DNA of 64,000 nucleotides from Tyzzerella sp. (GCA_017472665.1 JAFUOS010000025.1:3072-67071); one strand, 5' to 3'; shown: positions 1 to 9,677, counted from the stretch's first letter. The notes: generated by a model from the sequence alone, not told the origin. Made by a program: numbers and translations.

Positions 1-462
1 GCAAACAATATTTCCACAGAAATGGTGCTTCTGGTGCAGGCGCTTGGTGTGACAGAGACGACACCTGAGAGAGATACGATTACGCTGGAAAGTTTCATGG
101 CAACCTCTAGCGCAGGTGGATATGCTGTAACTGATGAAAGTAATGCAGTCCAAGGGGAATATATTCTTGGCGCAGTTGCAACAGAGGATGAAGGTCAGTT
201 TACGGTAATTACAAGCGAGAGCATGATTGATGCTTCTATTACAGATTCCTTCGGCACACTGGAAAATACAACATTATTTATGAATGCGGTTACAAATCAT
301 TTTGAGGATGTAGAAAATATTTCAATTGATGCAAGGAGTCTGGAGATTACTTATAATACAGTACAGTATGCTGGATTGTTTGGATTATTGTTTATCTTTG
401 GTATTCCGGTTATTATCTTAATCTATGGATTTGTAAAATGGTTGAAACGTAGAAAGGCATAG
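1..462 (+). CDS. C-terminal part of a GldG-like/ABC-type uncharacterised transport auxiliary protein (5' partial)
   Basis: Frame is open from base 1; ends in a TM helix plus KWLKRRKA; followed by a DUF4340-like gene as is usual for this family. Confidence 0.6.
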   Translation, partial: ANNISTEMVLLVQALGVTETTPERDTITLESFMATSSAGGYAVTDESNAVQGEYILGAVATEDEGQFTVITSESMIDASITDSFGTLENTTLFMNAVTNHFEDVENISIDARSLEITYNTVQYAGLFGLLFIFGIPVIILIYGFVKWLKRRKA

Positions 463-472
463 GAGGGATAGC

Positions 473-1054
473 ATGAAGAAGAGAAAAAATACGATGCTGA
501 CACTTTTGATTATTTTGGTGGTGTTACTCCTTTGTTATTTCGTGATTGGAAAGATACAGGAGAATCAGAAGGATAATGAACCTGCCGAAGAGACAGTTTA
601 TGCGGTAGAGGTGGATGATATTGTTTCGATGACATATTCTGATGGAAGTTCTACGATGGCATTTACAAAAGCAGATGATACATGGACTTATGATGCGGAT
701 GCGACGATTGCTTTGGAACAGAGCACGATTGAATCTATGGCAAGTACATTTGGCACGATTGCAGCAGAGCGTGTGATTGAGGAGCCGGATGCGCTGGCGG
801 ATTATGGTTTGGAAGAACCGGCATATACGATTGAGTTACAGGACAGCGATGGAAATGTGACGGCGATTTATGTGGGTAATCAGGTTGACAGTTATTATTA
901 TGCGACGGTGGGGGACAAGGAAGTTGTTTACACGGTTAGCAGCAGCGTGGTAAGTGCTATGAAGTTTGACGTTGAGGAATTGAAGGAAGTAGAAGAAGAG
1001 ACTGAGGATGCTTTGGAGACAGATGAAACAACTGAAGATTTGGAAAATGAATAG
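473..1054 (+). CDS. DUF4340-domain membrane-anchored protein
   Basis: N-terminal TM; LADYGLEEP and VGNQ..YYA motifs; RBS GGAGG. Confidence 0.7.
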   Translation: MKKRKNTMLTLLIILVVLLLCYFVIGKIQENQKDNEPAEETVYAVEVDDIVSMTYSDGSSTMAFTKADDTWTYDADATIALEQSTIESMASTFGTIAAERVIEEPDALADYGLEEPAYTIELQDSDGNVTAIYVGNQVDSYYYATVGDKEVVYTVSSSVVSAMKFDVEELKEVEEETEDALETDETTEDLENE

Positions 1055-1066
1055 AAATAAACATGC

Positions 1067-1088
1067 GAACCCGGGATCTCCCCGGGTT
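1067..1088. terminator. Hairpin between convergent genes
   Basis: GAACCCGGG/CCCGGGTTC inverted repeat. Confidence 0.7.
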
Positions 1089-1091
1089 CAT

Positions 1092-1745
1092 TTATATTAC
1101 AAATCCATACATTACGATAAAGTGGCATGCGCTTCCGCCCATCACAAATAAATGGAAAATCTCATGTGAGCCAAAATACTTGTGTTTCCCATTGAAAATA
1201 GGAAGTTTTAAAGCATAAATCACACCGCCGATCGTGTAGATAATACCGCCTGCCAAAAGCCATCCAAAGGCTGCTGGTGACATGGCATTTAAAATCTGTG
1301 TGAATGCCAGCACGCAAGTCCATCCCATTCCGATATACAATACAGAAGAAAACCATTTCGGACAGGTTACCCAGAATGCCTTAATCAGAATTCCGAGAAT
1401 TGCAAAACTCCAAACAATTGTAAGCAAAATATATCCCAACGATTTTTCTAAAACAAGTAGGCAGATTGGTGTATAACTTCCGGCAATCAATACTGAAATC
1501 ATCATATGATCAAATTTTTTCAAACGTTTGTTTACTTTTTCAGAAATATCAAATGTATGGTATATCGTACTTGCTGCATATAATAAAATCATGCTTGTCA
1601 TATAAACAATCGCCGAAAAGAGATAAACTCTGCTTGGTTCTTGTGCTGCTTTTATAATAAGAGGAATGCCTGCAAATATTGCCATTAGCATGCCGATAAA
1701 ATGTGTAATTGCGCTTCCTGGGTCTTTGATATGTTTTTTATTCAT
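1092..1745 (-). CDS. Hemolysin III / PAQR family membrane protein
   Basis: SAITH, STIYH, DHMMI..LIAGSYTP and HEIFHLFV motifs; start placed at ATG 1745 behind AGGAGG. Confidence 0.9.
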   Translation of the reverse strand: MNKKHIKDPGSAITHFIGMLMAIFAGIPLIIKAAQEPSRVYLFSAIVYMTSMILLYAASTIYHTFDISEKVNKRLKKFDHMMISVLIAGSYTPICLLVLEKSLGYILLTIVWSFAILGILIKAFWVTCPKWFSSVLYIGMGWTCVLAFTQILNAMSPAAFGWLLAGGIIYTIGGVIYALKLPIFNGKHKYFGSHEIFHLFVMGGSACHFIVMYGFVI

Positions 1746-1912
1746 GTGTAAATCCTCCTGATAAAATATACAAAATTTGCAAAAACTCGACAAGTAGTTT
1801 TTAAAACTACATTAAGTATATGCATATACTACAACAAGTATTCGTGGAATGCAAGAAGAAAATTATTAAATTTATATTATTTTATTTTCTATGCCTAAAT
1901 CTATTTTTGCCG

Positions 1913-1964
1913 AAACTGTCATGGCTAAAATTTTTAAAATTGGCATTTTTCAACAAGACAGTTT
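1913..1964 (+). promoter_or_regulatory. Probable MocR/PdxR-type operator upstream of the ECF S component
   Basis: AAACTGTC (1913-1920) and GACAGTTT (1957-1964) inverted pair, a similar AATTGGC copy between them, next to a TGnTAATAT -10. Confidence 0.45.
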
Positions 1965-2040
1965 GGTGCTAATATACTTTCAAGGAAGAGAGGTAGTGAA
2001 AGTAAATGATCATTACCTAAAAAGAAAGGGGCAATAAATT

Positions 2041-2646
2041 ATGCAAAAGAAAAACGAAACAGTAGTAAAATTGGCACAGACAGCATTGATAGCAGCGTTA
2101 TGTTACGTATGTTTCACATTTTTACAGATAAAGATTCCACTTCCTGGCGGAGATGCAACATCGTTACATATTGGAAATGCAGTGTGCGTACTTGGAGCAT
2201 TGTTACTTGGAGGATGGTATGGCGGTCTTGCAGGAGCGATTGGTATGGGAATTGCCGATATTATGGACCCAGTTTACATTACAGTAGCTCCAAAGACATT
2301 TGTGTTGAAGCTTTGTATCGGTTTAATCGTAGGTCTGTTTGCACACCGTGTTGCAAAAATTAATGAAAATACTGATAAGAAATACGTGTTTAAATGGAGC
2401 GTGCTTGCTTCGATTGCGGGGTTGGCATTCAATGTTGTGGCAGATCCGCTTGTCGGATATTTTTATAAACAGTATATTCTAGGTCAGCCACAGGAAGTAG
2501 CTTCCATTCTTGCAAAATGGAGTACGGCAACTACGTTTGTAAATGCAGTGGTATCGGTGATTTTGGTAGCTGTGATATATAATGCAGTGAGACCAGTGCT
2601 TATAAAGAGCGGATTGTTGAAGATTAAGAGCCAGAAAACAGCGTAA
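2041..2646 (+). CDS. ECF transporter S component (possibly vitamin B6)
   Basis: Hydrophobic 201 aa with ALIAAL..HIGN..GGLAGAIG..IAD pattern of S components. Confidence 0.8.
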   Translation: MQKKNETVVKLAQTALIAALCYVCFTFLQIKIPLPGGDATSLHIGNAVCVLGALLLGGWYGGLAGAIGMGIADIMDPVYITVAPKTFVLKLCIGLIVGLFAHRVAKINENTDKKYVFKWSVLASIAGLAFNVVADPLVGYFYKQYILGQPQEVASILAKWSTATTFVNAVVSVILVAVIYNAVRPVLIKSGLLKIKSQKTA

Positions 2647-2753
2647 GAATAAAGAGTTGAAAAGTATGAAATGAAAGAGATTGTACATAGAAATGAAGGG
2701 GTTTCCTCTTGTTTTCATTGCACAATCTTTTTTGTTTTATTGGGGATATTATC

Positions 2754-2805
2754 TTGACATATGTACTTATATAAATTAGAATTAAATTACCCGATAGGTA
2801 ATTTA
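2754..2805 (+). promoter_or_regulatory. sigmaA promoter and palindromic operator of the toxin-antitoxin operon
   Basis: TTGACA-17-TAGAAT followed by TAAATTACC-N5-GGTAATTTA. Confidence 0.65.
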
Positions 2806-2824
2806 AAATGAGAGGAGGAAGAAA

Positions 2825-3184
2825 GTGGAGTTAGTCTACAAGGAATCAAAAGTTGAAAAACAATGCACAAGTTTAAAAGAAGCGCGTAAACTATTTGGTG
2901 GTAATGACAGCTTAGCCAGAAGTCTTCTTTCTCGAATAAATTCATTAAAAAACGCAGAAGTTATTAAAGATATTATTTTAATGCCGCCATTTCATTTTCA
3001 CAAATTAGAGGGAGATAAGGAGGGCTATTTTGCTATTGATGTCAAAAGCAGAAGAGATCCGTGGAGAATCATTTTGCAACCTCTTAATGAGAATAAGGAA
3101 CCGTACGAACCATGCAATATAGATGAGATAGCAGGAACTGTGCAGATTGTTGGAATAATGGAGGTAAGTAAACATTATGAGTAA
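2825..3184 (+). CDS. higB: HigB-like (RelE/ParE family) toxin
   Basis: FHKLEGDKEGYFAIDV..WRII motif; lies upstream of and overlaps an HTH antitoxin. Confidence 0.75.
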   Translation: MELVYKESKVEKQCTSLKEARKLFGGNDSLARSLLSRINSLKNAEVIKDIILMPPFHFHKLEGDKEGYFAIDVKSRRDPWRIILQPLNENKEPYEPCNIDEIAGTVQIVGIMEVSKHYE

Positions 3185-4256
3185 TTATATAGAATATAAG
3201 GATACGATAGCTTTTCATCCTGGATATTATATTAAAGAGATTATCGAAGATAGTGGTCTTACACAGGAAGATTTCGCAAAAAGGTTGGATACAACCCCTA
3301 AGAATTTAAGTTATTTGGTAAGAGGAGAACAGAGTCTTTCTATTGATATCGCAATGAAACTGTCCAGAATGTTGGGGGTTAGTGTTAGTTATTGGCTGAA
3401 CTTGCAGAAAACCTATGACTCCTTGGTTGCAGAGTTTAAATCGGATGAAGAGCTGGCGTCAGAGAAGAAAACATTTGAGTACATTGATTATCATTATTTT
3501 AGGGATAATTTTGGATTACCAGATCTACCACGCAAGGTAGATGAGCAAATTAAGTGCGTTAGAGAATTCTTGAATGTTGCAACATTAAACGTGCTCAAAG
3601 ATAAAAATTTAGCGGTTAGTTTTAGAAGTGCTTCGGATGATCTCAGCGTTTCAAATATTGTTAATGCAAATGCTATGGTTCAGATTGCAATTAATAGTGC
3701 ACTTAAAATCAATGCGCCTAAATATGATAAAAAGAAGTTTTTAGAGGCCGTGGAATATGCTTTAACTTTGACTACGAGGCATAATGAATTCTTTCCTCTG
3801 ATTAGAAAGGCCTTTTTAGATGCAGGTGTTATTTTTGTAATATTACCGAACTTGAAAAATTCTGGGATTAATGGTGCAACAAAAAAAGTTGGAAGCAATG
3901 TAATGTTGATGGTAAATGATAGACGGGCATATTCGGATACTTTTTGGTTTACATTGTTTCATGAAATAGGCCATATTATTAATGGGGATTACGGCATCAC
4001 ATTTTCACATCAAGTAAAAGGAAAAGAAGATGCTGCCGATTTGTATGCACAGAATGCATTGATTCCGACGGAAGAGTATGAGAAGTTTGTGATGAAAGGC
4101 AAATTTGATGAGCAATCAATACGTCTGTTTGCAAATGAGATAGAAAGAGATCCAGGGATTGTATTAGGACGATTGCAAAATGATGGAAAGGTTACTTTTA
4201 ATAATAGTGAATTATCAAAGGCTTTGAAACACAAATATAAAGTGAAAGTTGTGTGA
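3177..4256 (+). CDS. higA: HigA antitoxin: XRE HTH plus ImmA/IrrE metallopeptidase domain
   Basis: FHPGYYIKE..TQEDFAKRL HTH; FWFTLFHEIGH HExxH motif. Confidence 0.85.
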   Translation: MSNYIEYKDTIAFHPGYYIKEIIEDSGLTQEDFAKRLDTTPKNLSYLVRGEQSLSIDIAMKLSRMLGVSVSYWLNLQKTYDSLVAEFKSDEELASEKKTFEYIDYHYFRDNFGLPDLPRKVDEQIKCVREFLNVATLNVLKDKNLAVSFRSASDDLSVSNIVNANAMVQIAINSALKINAPKYDKKKFLEAVEYALTLTTRHNEFFPLIRKAFLDAGVIFVILPNLKNSGINGATKKVGSNVMLMVNDRRAYSDTFWFTLFHEIGHIINGDYGITFSHQVKGKEDAADLYAQNALIPTEEYEKFVMKGKFDEQSIRLFANEIERDPGIVLGRLQNDGKVTFNNSELSKALKHKYKVKVV

Positions 4257-4325
4257 TTCAGTGTTGGGGCACATACCCAGTTGTGTATTATGTGAGACAT
4301 AAATAAATGAAGTAGATTATACAGT

Positions 4326-4356
4326 AAAAGGATTCGCGGTAAAGCGAATCCTTTTT
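4326..4356. terminator. Bidirectional intrinsic terminator
   Basis: AAAAGGATTCGC/GCGAATCCTTTT hairpin. Confidence 0.75.
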
Positions 4357-4394
4357 GGGTGGGTTAAACATAATGTTTATAATAAGATTATATT

Positions 4395-4931
4395 CTAGTA
4401 ATTTTCAGCTTTTCTTTCGAAGTATGCCTGTGGATGAGCACATGTTGGGCAAACTTCAGGAGCTTCTTCTCCCAAGTGGATGTAACCACAGTTGCGGCAT
4501 TTCCATCCTAATGGAGATTCCCCTTTGAATGTATTTCCTTCTTGTAAATGTTTGAGAAGTCTGTTGTAACGTTCTTCGTGAGATTTTTCAACGGCAGCTA
4601 CAAGACGGAATTTTGCAGCTAATTCTGGGAAGCCTTCTTCGTCAGCTTCTTTCGCCATACGAGCGTACATATTTGTCCATTCATCGTTTTCGCCTTCCGC
4701 AGCCCAGATTAAGTTTTGAGCTGTGTCGCCAAGTCCGTGGAATTCTTTGAACCACATTTTAGCGTGTTCTTTTTCCTGATCAGCTGTTTCGAGGAAAAGA
4801 GCTGCGATTTGTTCAAAACCAGCCTTTTTGGCTACAGATGCGAAATAAGTATATTTGTTACGTGCTTGGGATTCCCCAGCGAAAGCTTCCATTAAGTTTT
4901 GTTCTGTTTTTGTTCCTGTATATTTAGACAT
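4395..4931 (-). CDS. rbr: Rubrerythrin
   Basis: [19 protein letters not shown]-terminal CRNC..CPTC rubredoxin domain. Confidence 0.95.
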   Translation of the reverse strand: MSKYTGTKTEQNLMEAFAGESQARNKYTYFASVAKKAGFEQIAALFLETADQEKEHAKMWFKEFHGLGDTAQNLIWAAEGENDEWTNMYARMAKEADEEGFPELAAKFRLVAAVEKSHEERYNRLLKHLQEGNTFKGESPLGWKCRNCGYIHLGEEAPEVCPTCAHPQAYFERKAENY

Positions 4932-4979
4932 AGTGTAGTCCTCCTTTATTATATGTTTATTTTTGATATATGTATGAGT

Positions 4980-5113
4980 AAGCCATGCAGCTCAATTCCG
5001 TAAACTTCATTTCGCTGTCGGGCTGTCGCCCTATCAGTCTGAAATTTAGCAAACGCAGTTTCGTACGCCAGCGTCCGCTCCTTCGTTTTCTAAATTCCAT
5101 CCTGGCATGGCTT
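4980..5113. repeat. Structured intergenic element with terminal inverted repeats (REP/MITE-like)
   Basis: AAGCCATGC/GCATGGCTT ends, internal GGGC-TGTC-GCCC hairpin and GAAATTTAG/CTAAATTCC stem; more GC-rich than its flanks. Confidence 0.5.
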
Positions 5114-5118
5114 GTAGC

Positions 5119-5661
5119 TTACGCAAAGTATCTCTTTAACAAGCCTTCGAATGCCTTACCGTGTCTTGCCTCATCCCTAGCCATTTCATGCACAGTATCG
5201 TGAATAGCATCAAGGTTTTGTTCTTTCGCACGTTTTGCAAGGTCAAATTTACCTGCTGTAGCACCGTTTTCAGCATCGATTCTCATTTCAAGATTCTTCT
5301 TTGTGCTGTCTGTTACAACTTCGCCTAATAATTCAGCGAATTTAGCAGCGTGTTCTGCTTCTTCCCAAGCAGCTTTTTCCCAATACAAACCGATTTCCGG
5401 ATAACCTTCTCTGTGAGCAACTCTAGCCATTGCAAGGTACATACCTACTTCTGAACATTCCCCTTCAAAGTTTGCTCTAAGGTCTTTGATGATATCTTCG
5501 CTAACACCTTTTGCAATACCTACAACGTGTTCTGCAGCCCATTCTCTTTCACCTTTTTGTTCCACAAATTTTTCTGCTGGAACCTTACATACTGGACATT
5601 GAGCTGGTGCAGCATCTCCTTCATGAACATAACCACATACTGAACATACAAATTTTTTCAT
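5119..5661 (-). CDS. Reverse rubrerythrin (NADH peroxidase)
   Basis: N-terminal CSVC..CPVC rubredoxin domain; [14 protein letters not shown]; EAEHA; DEARHG. Confidence 0.95.
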   Translation of the reverse strand: MKKFVCSVCGYVHEGDAAPAQCPVCKVPAEKFVEQKGEREWAAEHVVGIAKGVSEDIIKDLRANFEGECSEVGMYLAMARVAHREGYPEIGLYWEKAAWEEAEHAAKFAELLGEVVTDSTKKNLEMRIDAENGATAGKFDLAKRAKEQNLDAIHDTVHEMARDEARHGKAFEGLLKRYFA

Positions 5662-5705
5662 AGTTTTAATCTCCTTTATATTTTAATTTTTTTGTTTTTA
5701 ATAAT

Positions 5706-5718
5706 AGTAATTATTACT
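5706..5718. promoter_or_regulatory. Probable PerR box upstream of the reverse rubrerythrin
   Basis: Palindrome AGTAAT-T-ATTACT with the TAATnATTA core; a related copy at 6201-6213 upstream of perR. Confidence 0.55.
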
Positions 5719-5781
5719 GATTTTAAATTACCATATAATATTTTCTCTGTCAACTACTTTTATATAAGTTTTTAAATTATT

Positions 5782-6174
5782 TTATGAATGTTTTCTCATA
5801 CATTCGCCACAAGTTCCATAAAACATCATGGAGTGGCTTTCAATGATTCCATCAAAGTTTCTTCCTGCTTCCTTATTTACACATTGTAACTGTTCTAAAT
5901 CCAAATCAATTACCCGGCCACATGTGGTGCAGCAGAAGTGATAGTGCGGATGTGTGTGTCCGTCGAAACGATCACCGCCATACGGAGTAGTAATTTTGAG
6001 CGCTTCACCAATATCAGCTAATAAGTTTAAGTTGCGATAAACCGTTCCTAAACTAATATTTGGATACTCTTGCTTTACATGTAAGTAAACAGCATCGGCT
6101 GTTGGGTGTTCGCATGTACTATTAAGATACTCTTTGATAGATTCTCTTTGTCTGCTGTATTTTAACGTTGCCAA
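5782..6174 (-). CDS. perR: Fur-family peroxide regulator PerR
   Basis: HPTADAVY, ISLGTVYRNL, HYHFCC..C and CxxC motifs; adjacent to rubrerythrins. Confidence 0.85.
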   Translation of the reverse strand: MATLKYSRQRESIKEYLNSTCEHPTADAVYLHVKQEYPNISLGTVYRNLNLLADIGEALKITTPYGGDRFDGHTHPHYHFCCTTCGRVIDLDLEQLQCVNKEAGRNFDGIIESHSMMFYGTCGECMRKHS

Positions 6175-6330
6175 TAGAATCCCCCTTTCAAATCAATAAT
6201 GATAATAGTTACTGTAATTATATTAACCTATAATATCATTGCTGTCAATATGTTATTAAAAAAATAAATAAAAAAGAATAATTTTATTGACATCCTTTAG
6301 AAATATTGATAGAATAGCAACGTAACAAAT

Positions 6331-6347
6331 TTAACATTTATGTAACA
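6331..6347 (-). promoter_or_regulatory. WalR-type direct-repeat box upstream of the NlpC/P60 hydrolase
   Basis: Minus strand reads TGTTAC-ATAAA-TGTTAA, matching TGTWAH-N5-TGTWAH; just downstream of TTGACA..TAGAAT. Confidence 0.45.
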
Positions 6348-6377
6348 TTTATTCGAAAAGTTGTAACGGAGGTATTT

Positions 6378-7391
6378 ATGAATTCCAAATTCATAAAAAA
6401 AGGAATTATCATAGCAGCAATAGCAAGTACTATTTTAATTCCAACTGGCCAGGCTTTAGCAGCGGATGCAAGTTCGTTTTTGAACCTGACAAAACAAAGT
6501 AAGGAAGTAGACCAGAATGCGTTAATCAATGCAGTTGCAGAGATTAATGATAATACAAATACAGCAAAGACAATTAAGATTGAAAGTGCCGATGAAATTA
6601 AGTTAAGCGACATGCTTTCAGGAAAAGCATTTGCAGCAGTCGGCGGAGAAGGTTATTTAATTGTAAGAAGCACAGCCGATGAAAATAGTGAATCAATTGG
6701 AAAAGTTTATGAAGACTCTGTTATTAAAGTAATAGGAAGAAACGATGCATGGACAAAGATTTCCTCTGGAAATGTGGAAGGATTTATTAAAACAGAAAAT
6801 CTGATTTCTGGAAAAGCGGCAATTGAAAAAGCAAAAGCTTTATTGACAGGGATGTATCCTGAGACAGATCTTACTACATTAAATAAAGAAGTAATTGATA
6901 GTAGTTTCTCAGTAGGAGAGACAAATCAAGAAGAAGTTACAAGACTTGCTGAAGAAGAAGCACAGAGAATTGCGGAGGAAGAAGCAAGAATTGCAGCAGA
7001 GCAGGCAAGAATCGCAGCAGAAGAAGCAGCAAGACAAGCTGAACTTCAGGCAAGGGGACAAGCAGTTGTTGATTATGCAAAACAGTTTCTTGGAAACCCA
7101 TATGTGTATGGCGGTACGAGTTTGACGAATGGAACAGACTGTTCCGGATTTGTCAGAGCGATATATGCACACTTCGGTATTTCAATGCCTCGTTCTTCTT
7201 ATTATATGAGAAACTCGGGATACGAGGTAAGTTATAGCGAGATGATGCCAGGGGATGTGGTTTGCTACTCAGGCCATGTTGGTATCTATGCAGGAAATGG
7301 TAAGATTGTAAATGCAATTGACGAGAGCCGTGGAATCGGAATGTCAAATGTAAACTATACAAAGATTATTACTATTCGAAGAATGTACTGA
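6378..7391 (+). CDS. SH3 + coiled-coil + NlpC/P60 peptidoglycan endopeptidase
   Basis: Signal peptide, SH3b-like region, PYVYGG..DCSGF..HVGIY. Confidence 0.9.
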   Translation: MNSKFIKKGIIIAAIASTILIPTGQALAADASSFLNLTKQSKEVDQNALINAVAEINDNTNTAKTIKIESADEIKLSDMLSGKAFAAVGGEGYLIVRSTADENSESIGKVYEDSVIKVIGRNDAWTKISSGNVEGFIKTENLISGKAAIEKAKALLTGMYPETDLTTLNKEVIDSSFSVGETNQEEVTRLAEEEAQRIAEEEARIAAEQARIAAEEAARQAELQARGQAVVDYAKQFLGNPYVYGGTSLTNGTDCSGFVRAIYAHFGISMPRSSYYMRNSGYEVSYSEMMPGDVVCYSGHVGIYAGNGKIVNAIDESRGIGMSNVNYTKIITIRRMY

Positions 7392-7395
7392 TAGG

Positions 7396-7423
7396 AGAGG
7401 GAGTTCTGTGAGAACTCTCTTTT
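7396..7423 (+). terminator. Intrinsic terminator
   Basis: AGAGGGAGTTCT/AGAACTCTCT hairpin with T tract. Confidence 0.7.
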
Positions 7424-7531
7424 GTTTTCAGAAATTTATATTTGGGATGAAATACGACAATTTTTGAATCTTGTACAAATTTAACAAAAATGATTTTTTT
7501 TGTCAAAATGTGTAGAAACGGGAAGATAAAG

Positions 7532-7664
7532 TTATCCACATAAAAAATAGAAAAAAACGTGATAAAACCGAGTTTTGCACAAAGTTATCCACATTATCCA
7601 CATAAAATCGTGTGGAAAATGTGGATTGTTTTTGCGAAAAAAAGAACAAGCGTTTTGTGGAGAA
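7532..7664. promoter_or_regulatory. DnaA-box cluster 1
   Basis: Perfect TTATCCACA at 7532, 7585 and 7594; near-matches TGTGGAAAA 7611, TGTGGATTG 7620, TGTGGAGAA 7656, TTTTGCACA 7573. Confidence 0.8.
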
Positions 7665-7881
7665 ATGATAAAAATCTGATTTTGTCGAAAAAAAACGAGA
7701 AAAATGTTGACTTTTAAGTAGTCAAAATACAGTTTAAATTGTATAAACAATTCTGAAAATTTGGATTTCTATTTTAGTCATGGAACTAGCATAGATAAAC
7801 TGGAATTTTCGCGCACAAATGTTGATAAAATAAAAAAATAGTATTATAATAACAACGTTAGAAACAAAAGGAGGAATCAAG

Positions 7882-8085
7882 ATGGCTGTTAAAGTAACAA
7901 AAGACATGACAATTGGTCAACTTCTTGGAGCAGCTCCAATGGTAGCACCAGTTTTAATGGAAGCTGGAATGCACTGTTTAGGATGCCCATCAGCACAGGC
8001 TGAAACATTGGAAGAAGCTGCAATGGTACATGGCCTTGATGCAGATTTGTTAGTTGAAAAGATTAACGCATCTATTAATGCATAA
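7882..8085 (+). CDS. DUF1858 domain protein
   Basis: [31 protein letters not shown] signature; strong RBS. Confidence 0.9.
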   Translation: MAVKVTKDMTIGQLLGAAPMVAPVLMEAGMHCLGCPSAQAETLEEAAMVHGLDADLLVEKINASINA

Positions 8086-8115
8086 AAAAAGAATCTCACA
8101 CGAGATTCTTTTTTT
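8086..8115. terminator. Bidirectional terminator
   Basis: AAAAAGAATCTC/GAGATTCTTTTT hairpin. Confidence 0.75.
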
Positions 8116-8145
8116 GTACAAAGAATGAACGAACTGTCCCATTCT

Positions 8146-8871
8146 CTAAATATTTCCTAATTGCTGCACAGCATCTGCAGGTACAATCACTTCGCAATGT
8201 TCTTCCAAGAAAGCAAGTACTGCGCTGGATGCTTTTTCTGATGAGCCATATTCTGACAGCATATTGCAAATTTTATTAAATTCACTTGCAGTATGCTCTG
8301 ATTGACTAAGTGCTAAGACATAAACATCATCAGTACTGTCCTTATAAAGTGTATTCGAACCGTGGTACATATTTTTTAATAAGTGACTGGCTTGAATTAC
8401 GCCATCCATATTTGCAAAGGAGAATAGACGAATCTTCGGAAGCTTTGTGTCTGCTTCTTCCTTTTCAATCGCCTTTGGCGGTTCGGAAACAGCTTCTTTG
8501 ACTTTATTAATCAAATCAAGAATCTCTTCTGCTCCTTCCAATTTATCCAGAACATTATGTCTTCTATTTTCTAAAGCATTGAGCGCGGAGCCAAATCTTG
8601 AAAATTTGGAATCCAGTTCTTCAGGATCATCTACTTTGGTAATAATAAGAACGATGGAATCTGAAGATGTAGGAACAGCCTCAATCATAAGTGGCATATC
8701 TTCTGCTTCAAAGCCAAATTCGGAAGCGGCTTGCCTCATCATATCTTGGAAAAGTGATTTCGCTTTTTCAGTTCCACAAACTAATTCGCTGAGTTTTAAT
8801 TGACGGTCAGCTAAGTCTGCGTGTGTTAGTGTACAGCGTATTTGATTGTCATTGAGTTTTTCAATCTTCAT
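8146..8871 (-). CDS. mecA: ClpC adaptor protein MecA
   Basis: MKIEKLNDNQIRCTLT..DL..R N-terminus; LSEYG..LEEH C-terminus. Confidence 0.9.
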   Translation of the reverse strand: MKIEKLNDNQIRCTLTHADLADRQLKLSELVCGTEKAKSLFQDMMRQAASEFGFEAEDMPLMIEAVPTSSDSIVLIITKVDDPEELDSKFSRFGSALNALENRRHNVLDKLEGAEEILDLINKVKEAVSEPPKAIEKEEADTKLPKIRLFSFANMDGVIQASHLLKNMYHGSNTLYKDSTDDVYVLALSQSEHTASEFNKICNMLSEYGSSEKASSAVLAFLEEHCEVIVPADAVQQLGNI

Positions 8872-9004
8872 ATCATCACTTCCTATCCTATTATATTTCT
8901 TTTATTTGTATTAGTATAAACAAAAATAAAAAATATGTAAAGAAAATTTCTGTAAAGTTTCTATGACAAAAGAGAAGAGGTTATAAACAAATGGGCGTGA
9001 AAAA

Positions 9005-9099
9005 TGTTGACAACATGTGGATAACTTCCAAAATATTGTGGAAAACAGTGTGGATAAGTTTAGAAACTATGATAAATAAAGGCATTGTAATGTGGATAG
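9005..9099. promoter_or_regulatory. DnaA-box cluster 2 (upstream of mecA)
   Basis: TGTGGATAA at 9016 and 9049, TGTGGAAAA 9037, TGTGGATAG 9091, TGTTGACAA 9005. Confidence 0.75.
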
Positions 9100-9154
9100 T
9101 TTAATGAACAAAAACGAACTTGAAAAATGAAGATACACATGCTTATAATCTAGA

Positions 9155-9381
9155 TACAAGAAGATAGTATGTCAGGTAACTATGTTTAACGCGTAAGGAG
9201 GGACGTATTATCAGAAACAAACTTTTATTATTCTCAATGTAAAAATTCATTTCTCGAAATCAAATTGAAAGGTTTATTTATGTAAATGTGGGGCGTTTCA
9301 TTTACATATCGAAGTTTAATTCAACAGATTTAATCGAATCGGAATATCCAGAAATTAGAATGAGAGATCTATCTTCTTGTA
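9155..9381 (+). ncRNA. Candidate end-paired small RNA or leader
   Basis: TTGAAA-18-TATAAT at 9120-9149; 9155-9167 pairs perfectly with 9369-9381 (13 bp); internal 10-bp hairpin; no ORF. Confidence 0.4.
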
Positions 9382-9464
9382 AGCAAAGGTAATTCAGTAA
9401 TATATCACACATTTCATGTCAAGGAAGAATTATCGAAGCCATAGTTACTAAAAAGGAGGAGCAT

Positions 9465-9677
9465 ATGGGAGAAGAAAAATTTAAAATGTTTTTTGCAGAG
9501 TTAGAAACGTATGAACAATCAGGAGTAAGTATAAGACTGAACAACTATCGAGCAAGTCCGTTGCAGATTGTAACTGCACACATGGTAAGAGAGGACCAGT
9601 CCTACATGCGGGATTATGTATGGGATGAAAAAGGGCACGTAAAAGAATTGTCTTTTCACAATATTCAAAACAGTTAA
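9465..9677 (+). CDS. Small hypothetical protein (70 aa)
   Basis: Strong RBS AGGAGGAG; plausible composition (SYMRDYVWDEKG). Confidence 0.7.
   Translation: MGEEKFKMFFAELETYEQSGVSIRLNNYRASPLQIVTAHMVREDQSYMRDYVWDEKGHVKELSFHNIQNS

Noticed and set aside
2825-4256. HigBA-ImmA module as a novel system
   Set aside because: This architecture is already well described
7532-7750. 72-aa minus-strand ORF
   Set aside because: Runs through the DnaA boxes; the WIMWIT-type translation is a by-product of the repeats
7440-9120. Chromosomal origin oriC
   Set aside because: No dnaA, dnaN or rpmH and no switch in gene-strand bias; kept only as DnaA-box clusters
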